DNA from: a virus
DNA length: 64,000 bases
Direction: 5' to 3' (one strand)
Virus record (IMG/VR): IMGVR_UViG_3300014656_000017
Coordinates: 46,909 to 110,908 of that record
Shown here: positions 57,621-64,000 of the stretch, piece by piece
Numbering within the stretch: position 1 is the first letter of the stretch
Layout of the letters: each line of letters starts with the position of its first letter
The notes under the pieces: model-generated
Database searches by the model: none
What the model was told of the DNA's origin: nothing
What the model saw: only the letters and a program-made list of their open reading frames with translations
Position numbers and translations under genes: made by a program

Positions 57621-59232
57621 GAATTATACACCACGAATACCTCAAGAATCTATTGTAAGCCAAGTAGCCGATGCTCTACAATCTGATACTAAATTTATAA
57701 TAATTCAAGCTCCGACAGGCAGTGGAAAGTCTCATATTGCAGCCACTATTGCTAATGCAGCATCTCTGCCTCCTCAACGATTTTGTGATTTGGTGAACAC
57801 ACATGAAATTTATAAGAAAGATTATGTATCAGACACTTATATATATGAAAAAGAAGTTCTGAAGATGCCTCCTTTTGGATGTGTTGCATTAACTGTTACA
57901 AAAGCTTTACAAGATCAATATACTGAAATATTTGATAATTGCACAGCACTGAAAGGAAAACAGAATTATGTTTGTGAAGTAGATGGAGATTTTGATTGTG
58001 ATTTAGCTCCGTGTTTATTGTCTTCAAATTTATTAAATGATTGTTGGAATACTAAAAAATGTCATTTTCATAATGCTCGAGATGCTGCTTTACAGTCTAA
58101 ATTTGGAGCTTTAAATTATAGTGTATTTTTGAATATGCCCGATTTTCTTAAAAGAAAACAAATAATTGTATGTGATGAAGCCTCTGAATTAGAAGATGAA
58201 TTGGTTAAACATTATTCCTGTGAAGTTAATTATAAGACGATAAATGTAGACGAAATGGGAATATCTAAATTGACTACTACAGATCCATTTATTGCTCATA
58301 GATGGTTGTCTGATCTATTGGTAAAAGTAAAACTTAAAGTGGATGCGTATGTAGCTATATTAAAAACATCTAAAAAGGCAAGTAAACGAAAATTATTAGG
58401 AGATGTTACTCGCGCCAGGATTTATAAAAATTTATATGACAAAATTAGATTGATATTATGTAATTGGTCAACAGCAGAGTTTATTATTACAATTGATGGG
58501 ACATCTACTAAATTTGTTCCGTTGTATGTAGATACACTAGCACAAAATTTTTATAAACATAATGATCATATTATTTTAATGTCTGGAACAATTATTAATC
58601 ATAAACTATTTGCAGAAACATTGGGTATTAAAGACTATAAATACATTGAAGTAGATTCTGAATTCGCTGCAGATAAATCACCAATTTATAGTATGTCTAA
58701 AGTTAAATTGACATATAAAAATGTAGATGTAGAAATGCCAAAATTGATGCATACAGTTAAAGAGTTATGCGATCATTATAAGGATCAAAAGGGAATTATT
58801 CACACTCATACAAACAAGATTACAAAAATTGTTCAAGCAAAATTTGGAAAAGATAAACGCTTTATTTTTAGAGAACCTGGTGTTACAAATGAAGTTGTGT
58901 TGCGAGAACACTTCTTAAGAGATGATGCCTCTATTATAGTTTCGCCTAGTTTGGGGTTTGGCACAGATTTATGTGACGAATTTGGAAGGTTCTCGATTGT
59001 TCTAAAAACACCTTATTTACCATTAGGAGATGAAAGAATTAAAAAATTAGCTAAAAAGAATCAAGGGTGGTATGAAATGAAAGCTATGATCAATTTGGTT
59101 CAAATGTGTGGAAGAACAACACGAAGTAAAGATGATTTTTCAGATACGTATATTTTAGATGGAACAGCGGTACAATTGATTAAAAAGAATGTAAAACATT
59201 TACCTATATGGTTTAGAAATCGTCTTGCGTGA
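57586..59232 (+). CDS. DinG/Rad3-like SF2 helicase
   Basis: APTGSGKS, LQDQY, KGKQNY.C Fe-S Cys, CDEA, MSGT, QMCGRTTR. Confidence 0.85.
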   Translation: MKSLNIKSHFPENYTPRIPQESIVSQVADALQSDTKFIIIQAPTGSGKSHIAATIANAASLPPQRFCDLVNTHEIYKKDYVSDTYIYEKEVLKMPPFGCVALTVTKALQDQYTEIFDNCTALKGKQNYVCEVDGDFDCDLAPCLLSSNLLNDCWNTKKCHFHNARDAALQSKFGALNYSVFLNMPDFLKRKQIIVCDEASELEDELVKHYSCEVNYKTINVDEMGISKLTTTDPFIAHRWLSDLLVKVKLKVDAYVAILKTSKKASKRKLLGDVTRARIYKNLYDKIRLILCNWSTAEFIITIDGTSTKFVPLYVDTLAQNFYKHNDHIILMSGTIINHKLFAETLGIKDYKYIEVDSEFAADKSPIYSMSKVKLTYKNVDVEMPKLMHTVKELCDHYKDQKGIIHTHTNKITKIVQAKFGKDKRFIFREPGVTNEVVLREHFLRDDASIIVSPSLGFGTDLCDEFGRFSIVLKTPYLPLGDERIKKLAKKNQGWYEMKAMINLVQMCGRTTRSKDDFSDTYILDGTAVQLIKKNVKHLPIWFRNRLA

Positions 59233-59253
59233 TTATTAAAATAAAGGAGAAAA

Positions 59254-60066
59254 ATGAAAAAGAGGGTATTGATTGGTATATGCTTATTAGTAGCACAATG
59301 TGTATTAGGTTCTGATAGATTATTAGAAATACTAATTCCTACTGGGTATGTCAATGATTATGCTGCAATTTTTACTGCAGATCAAGAAGCATTGTTAGAA
59401 TCTAAACTAATAGAGTTTGAAGCAAAAAACTCTACAGAGATTTCAGTAGTAACAATAAAGTCTTTAGAGGGTGGAGAAATAAATGATTTTGCAACCAGAT
59501 TGTTTGAAAAGTGGGGTATTGGAAAGAAAGACAAAGATAATGGAGTATTGTTTCTTATTGCTATTGAAGATCGGGATGTTCGAATTGAAGTAGGATACGG
59601 ACTTGAATCACAATTAAATGATTCTAAAGTAGGAAGAATATTAGATACCAGTGTAATACCACATTTCAAAACGGGTAATTATGCCCAAGGAATGATTGAT
59701 GGAACCGATGCAATTATTAGAAATATTTTAGTTCCAGTAACACAGCCAGTTAAAAACACAAGTAATGATTTGTTTTTTATTGTGATTTTTATAGGTATAG
59801 TAGTGTTTATGGTTATCATTGTAGTAGCTTCTAGTAATTTGAAAAGAGCAAGTAAAAATGTTCCACCAAAAATAACAGAGAGATATATTCCTCCATCGTA
59901 TTATATACCTTCTCCGCCATCGCAATCCTCCAGCACACCACGTAGAACAAGTAGTTCATCAAGTTCGTATAAGCCTAGTAGGCCATATAAAGCTCCGAGT
60001 TTTAGTGGTTTTAAAGGATTTGGTGGTGGAATGTCTGGTGGCGGTGGCGCATCTCGAAAGTGGTAA
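59254..60066 (+). CDS. TPM-domain membrane protein (YgcG-like)
   Basis: Signal peptide, VNDYA, WGIG..DNGVL, IEVGYGLE, TM helix, GFGGG.SGGGGASR.W. Confidence 0.88.
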   Translation: MKKRVLIGICLLVAQCVLGSDRLLEILIPTGYVNDYAAIFTADQEALLESKLIEFEAKNSTEISVVTIKSLEGGEINDFATRLFEKWGIGKKDKDNGVLFLIAIEDRDVRIEVGYGLESQLNDSKVGRILDTSVIPHFKTGNYAQGMIDGTDAIIRNILVPVTQPVKNTSNDLFFIVIFIGIVVFMVIIVVASSNLKRASKNVPPKITERYIPPSYYIPSPPSQSSSTPRRTSSSSSSYKPSRPYKAPSFSGFKGFGGGMSGGGGASRKW

Positions 60067-60362
60067 ATATGTACGCTTTTTGTAAAACTAAATCCTTTAT
60101 GGATCACGGCGGATGGGTTGTTTTGAGTCAGTGTGAGTCGCTAAAAGAAACATGGAACGAATTAGGATGTTATTCAGAGGCATCCGGGGTTTTACATAGT
60201 TATTTAGGATTAATTAATTTACCAATATCAAACGTTTTATATAATTACTCAAATACAGATTGTCCAATAATAGAAGTAATCCTTACGTCTATATATTACG
60301 ACATTAAATTATATAATAATATGGAAGAATTAGCAGAAGACAATTTTGTGGATTTACTCTAA
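60060..60362 (+). CDS. Hypothetical protein
   Basis: 100-aa ORF. Confidence 0.45.
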   Translation: MVNMYAFCKTKSFMDHGGWVVLSQCESLKETWNELGCYSEASGVLHSYLGLINLPISNVLYNYSNTDCPIIEVILTSIYYDIKLYNNMEELAEDNFVDLL

Positions 60363-60959
60363 GATCACAATATCGTAATGATAAAACTCTCCGTTATCAT
60401 CCACGCCTGACATTGATATCCAAGTTTCTGCAGGACTATTTGAGTACACTATTTGAACATAAGATAATGTTTCCAAATAGTTTAGTCTAGTGGTTGTAAA
60501 TGTATTAGCACGAGGAATCCATTTAAAGAAACATCTTGAATATAAACCTGGATGTGGATCACTGTCTTTAGAGTAATAATGATTACTAGCTAACCAGAAA
60601 TGTCCAAATTCATGTTTTATTACGAAACCTTTAACATCGCCACCCGTTTGTGGATTACATCCTATTTTAATATATGTTCCCCGTTGCCATCCTCCAACAT
60701 ACATACCCAAATTAGGTTCAAACCAACACCAATATCCGCTAGTTGCGAGTTTGTCACAGGTCATTACTTTTTTAACAGTACAACTCCACCTTTCTTCTAA
60801 TTTAGTGCCTTTACTTACAATACAGGCCCGTGCACTATTCAATTCTCCGTAACACATATCTTTTATATCATTGGGAAAGTTATATTTGATTTTATCACAA
60901 TTTCCAAATAATAATGCAAGACTGAAACAAAACAGACTATTTATGTGTTTAAAGTTCAT
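60354..60959 (-). CDS. Putative exported zincin-like metalloprotein
   Basis: Signal-like N-terminus ..LLFGNC; HEFGH motif. Confidence 0.5.
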   Translation of the reverse strand: MNFKHINSLFCFSLALLFGNCDKIKYNFPNDIKDMCYGELNSARACIVSKGTKLEERWSCTVKKVMTCDKLATSGYWCWFEPNLGMYVGGWQRGTYIKIGCNPQTGGDVKGFVIKHEFGHFWLASNHYYSKDSDPHPGLYSRCFFKWIPRANTFTTTRLNYLETLSYVQIVYSNSPAETWISMSGVDDNGEFYHYDIVILE

Positions 60960-60978
60960 TTACTTTCTTCCCTTATTA

Positions 60979-60985
60979 ATAAATA
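60979..60985 (+). promoter_or_regulatory. Late promoter motif ATAAATA
   Basis: Just upstream of the gp15-like gene. Confidence 0.55.
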
Positions 60986-60997
60986 CTTATAGAACTT

Positions 60998-62200
60998 ATG
61001 AGAAACTATACGTATCATTTTGAGATTAAGACCATTTTGCTTCAATTTGCTAATGCTCTTAATGACATAATCATTAAAAGATATAATACAGACAAGGAAG
61101 CAGAAGATCAAATTCATGTTAATTTTATGCGGGCTCCTAAATCTAGAACTTTATGGGAATTAACAAACAAGAATCAACATTTTAAGCTTCCTATAATTAG
61201 CATATGGCCTTCTAATATTCGCCGTAATCCAGCCCGTGTTTTTGAAAAATTAGATGGGGCTAATTATCCTGAAACCTTTTCAAGAACCACATCCGCCTGG
61301 TGGTATTTAAAGCAACCAGTACCAGTAGATTTTACTGTTAATGTAGCCATTGTTGCTCGCTTTCAAGAAGACATAGATCAAATATTAACGAATTTTATTC
61401 CATATACAAACGATTATTTTGTTGTAAGTTGGAAATGGCCTGACACACTTCCATTTACTTTAGAGATTCGAAGTCATTGTATTTGGGATGGTAGTGTAAA
61501 TTTAGAATATCCTTTAGACATTCAAAATACTGCACCTTATAGAGTTATTGCCAATACTACATTTACTGTAGAGTCTTGGTTGTTTAAGAACAGTCCAAAT
61601 CCTTGGGGACCCATTTATAAGATTGATACATCCTTTACGGCTGTAAGTGATATTGAAAAATTTGAAATTATGAGGGACTGGGAAGAAACATACAATACAG
61701 ATTATTATACAGATTACACAGTTATTTCAGCTCGACCACAATTTACAGTAGTTCGTCCGTTTGCTGTGTATACAGGAGCCCCTAGAAGTTTTAATGTAAC
61801 TGGAAAAATGTTAGATTACACAGATAGATTGTTTATTAGTGGATCTAATCAGAGTATGTTTCTTTCATCCGATAATTTAGGATTAAGTGGAGGATACAAT
61901 TATTTTGATTTGTTTAGTAGCGTATCTAGTATGTCAGCTGCATATCCTGGATTTAGCGCTGTTGAATTAGAACAAAATTGTTGGAATATAGAAGATCAAT
62001 ATAAGATTACATTTTCATTAACCCCTACAGCAGAGGGATGGTTTGATATTGTAGCACTTAACAATGCAGGGTATGGCATCATGTCAGTAGATTGTGTAAG
62101 ACCAACAACTAATCCATATCCATCAGCCATGCCAGAATATGATACGTATGTTGAGTACCAGCATGATTGTATTTCAGGTATTGAAGTGCGTGAACTTTAA
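60998..62200 (+). CDS. gp15: Tail terminator / sheath stabiliser (gp15-like) with C-terminal extension
   Basis: QF..LNDI.IKR, APK, LP.IS, QPVPVDF..QEDIDQIL..FIPY; next to portal. Confidence 0.7.
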   Translation: MRNYTYHFEIKTILLQFANALNDIIIKRYNTDKEAEDQIHVNFMRAPKSRTLWELTNKNQHFKLPIISIWPSNIRRNPARVFEKLDGANYPETFSRTTSAWWYLKQPVPVDFTVNVAIVARFQEDIDQILTNFIPYTNDYFVVSWKWPDTLPFTLEIRSHCIWDGSVNLEYPLDIQNTAPYRVIANTTFTVESWLFKNSPNPWGPIYKIDTSFTAVSDIEKFEIMRDWEETYNTDYYTDYTVISARPQFTVVRPFAVYTGAPRSFNVTGKMLDYTDRLFISGSNQSMFLSSDNLGLSGGYNYFDLFSSVSSMSAAYPGFSAVELEQNCWNIEDQYKITFSLTPTAEGWFDIVALNNAGYGIMSVDCVRPTTNPYPSAMPEYDTYVEYQHDCISGIEVREL

Positions 62201-62235
62201 ATAAAAAATAATAAGTAATATAAAGGTAAAATACT

Positions 62236-64000
62236 ATGGTAGATAATGCAATGGGTGGAATGAGTAGGGCAGGCACTAGTTCTGCTGGTCAAAGTTTTAT
62301 TAGCACATTAGTTGCCAGAATGCCATATTCCTATCGCATTCTTCAAAATGCTATTGAAGCTAATCCAAAGTATGAAATATTTAATGATTTAGTAACGCGC
62401 AAAGATCAACGCATTCGGGCGCAATCTATTATTCAACATCAAGATGCCTTTGGTGGGCAATTGATGATTGATAAACGATATCATCAATTTATATATGCTG
62501 ATGTAGATACAGATAAAGTTCGCAGAATACAAGACTATCGTAAGATGGCTGCATATGCAGAATTAGCAGATTGTATAGATGAAATTGCAGATGAAACTAT
62601 AGTAAGAGATGAACAAGGAGATATTGCTAAATTATTTATTAGAGGAGATTATAGCAATATAGTTATAGATCAATTACAAAAAGAATGGAACAAATTTGCC
62701 CAAGTATTCGATTTAGATAACAGAGGGTGGGAAATAGTTAGACAATTCATGGTAGAAGGTGAATTGTTTTTTGAAAATGTTATTTCTGAAAACCGTCCCG
62801 ATTACGGAGTTATTGGTGTAGTGGGTATTCCTACAGAACTTATTAATCCAATTTACGACAATGTGCAAAATCAACTTATACAGGGGTTCTTACTAAGAAA
62901 GCCTATTATTAGTCCTAAGCACACATTCACGACACAATCACATGAAGAATTAATTACATTAGATAAAAATCAAGTTACATATATACATTCCGGATTATGG
63001 AATGAAGATCGAACAATAAGATTGCCGTATATTGAAAACGCACGTAAAGCATATAAACAATTATCGCTTATCGAAGACAGTATTATCATTTACCGCTTAG
63101 TAAGGGCCCCTGAAAGATTAGTATTTAAAATTGATGTAGGCAATATGCCAGTACCAAAAGCTGAAGAATATGTCAAAAAATTAATGCAGCAATTTTGGTC
63201 TAAAAAGAATTTTGATGGTTCTCAAGGTCGAGTAAACAATGTATATGATCCTCAAAGCATGTTAGATGCGTATTTCTTTACAAAGAGAGGACAATCTTCT
63301 GGAACAGAATTGAATCAATTGCCTGGCGGGGCAAACTTGGGCGAATTAGCAGATTTATTATACTTTCAAAAGAAGTTATATAAGAGTTTAAAAGTTCCAA
63401 CAACACGATTAGATCCTGCAGATCCTTTTAAAGATGGTTCAGAAATCACACGTGAAGAATTAAGATTCATGAGATTTATTATTCGCATTCAACAACAAAT
63501 AGCTCAAGGTATAAAGAATTCATTTATCACCCATTTAAAATTAAGAGAGAAGAAAATAGATGATGAAGATTCAGATAGTTTATGGACCCGCCTAAAATTG
63601 AGAGAACATAATATCAGAATAGAATTTAATACGCCTACTAGTTTTGGTATTATGCGTGAACAACAAATATTCAATATAAAGAAAGACAATTATGCAGGAA
63701 TAACACAAGGTGAATTAATTGCTCCTAGTTTTGCTCAGAAATATTACTTAGGATTGACAAATGAACAAATGGCTGAGAATAGAGAATGGTTGCGTAAAGA
63801 TGCAGCATTGTCATGGGAACAGCAACAGATTATAGCTAGTGGACCAGATTTTAGAAAGCAATTACAAGCTGAAAACGAAATAGCTCAAGCAACAGGTGGG
63901 ATGTCTACTGGAGGCGGAGGAATGCCAGGAGGTTCGTCGGAATTACCTATGGGAGAAGAAATACCTCCTGCGTTCGGTCCAGGACCACAAATGGGAGCAA
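62236..64000 (+). CDS. gp20: Portal protein gp20 (partial, runs off right edge; absent from ORF track)
   Basis: Manual translation: YRKMA..IDEIADE, EDSIIIYRLVRAPERLVFKIDVGNMP..KAEEY, LPGGANLGE..YFQKKLYKSLKVP.TRL, EITREELRF; ATAAGTA at 62211-62217. Confidence 0.93.
   Translation, partial: MVDNAMGGMSRAGTSSAGQSFISTLVARMPYSYRILQNAIEANPKYEIFNDLVTRKDQRIRAQSIIQHQDAFGGQLMIDKRYHQFIYADVDTDKVRRIQDYRKMAAYAELADCIDEIADETIVRDEQGDIAKLFIRGDYSNIVIDQLQKEWNKFAQVFDLDNRGWEIVRQFMVEGELFFENVISENRPDYGVIGVVGIPTELINPIYDNVQNQLIQGFLLRKPIISPKHTFTTQSHEELITLDKNQVTYIHSGLWNEDRTIRLPYIENARKAYKQLSLIEDSIIIYRLVRAPERLVFKIDVGNMPVPKAEEYVKKLMQQFWSKKNFDGSQGRVNNVYDPQSMLDAYFFTKRGQSSGTELNQLPGGANLGELADLLYFQKKLYKSLKVPTTRLDPADPFKDGSEITREELRFMRFIIRIQQQIAQGIKNSFITHLKLREKKIDDEDSDSLWTRLKLREHNIRIEFNTPTSFGIMREQQIFNIKKDNYAGITQGELIAPSFAQKYYLGLTNEQMAENREWLRKDAALSWEQQQIIASGPDFRKQLQAENEIAQATGGMSTGGGGMPGGSSELPMGEEIPPAFGPGPQMGA

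Noticed and set aside
100-63689. Many short antisense ORFs in the track (e.g. 100..303, 4065..4400, 11359..11802, 17281..17709, 33119..33445, 50136..50555, 63504..63689)
   Set aside because: Shadows of well-supported genes on the opposite strand, with no RBS or recognisable motifs.
1-64000. Stop-codon reassignment (code 15 or 4)
   Set aside because: Core genes are full length in code 11, with TAG and TGA used as real stops (e.g. primase, uvsX).
1-64000. CRISPR array, tRNA or rRNA genes
   Set aside because: None recognised; intergenic gaps are short. A covariance-model scan was not possible.
1-64000. Eukaryotic giant virus origin suggested by GT15/GT47/GME
   Set aside because: T4-type portal, gp15, gp55, gp46/47, UvsWXY, Shine-Dalgarno sites and sigma70-type promoters indicate a bacteriophage.

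Overview
This window is 64 kb of an AT-rich, T4-like (Tevenvirinae-style core) large or jumbo phage genome in the standard genetic code. The left 37 kb is a minus-strand replication/recombination arm: uvsY, uvsW, a late sigma gp55 carrying an N-terminal PKD-like domain, gp47, a 20-gene sugar synthesis/modification island, class II RNR nrdJ, a GMP reductase/IMPDH gene fractured by a split intein with a free-standing endonuclease between the halves, gp46, a glycosyltransferase, an intein-containing B-family polymerase, uvsX, and a TGT/DpdA-like transglycosylase running off the left edge. The right arm has a Holliday junction resolvase, late genes with T4 capsid-targeting-like leaders (two look like nucleases), queD/queE/queC for 7-deazaguanine synthesis, a DUF366-like ligase-fold gene, and primase followed by a Hef-like homing endonuclease and a stranded second copy of the primase 3' end. 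It also has a clamp-loader subunit, GroES-like, DinG-like helicase, TPM membrane protein, gp15-like tail terminator and portal gp20 (partial). Ten sigma70-like promoters all have a 16-bp spacer, and ATAAATA/ATAAGTA late-promoter motifs precede late genes. All calls come from motif recognition by eye; no database searches were run.
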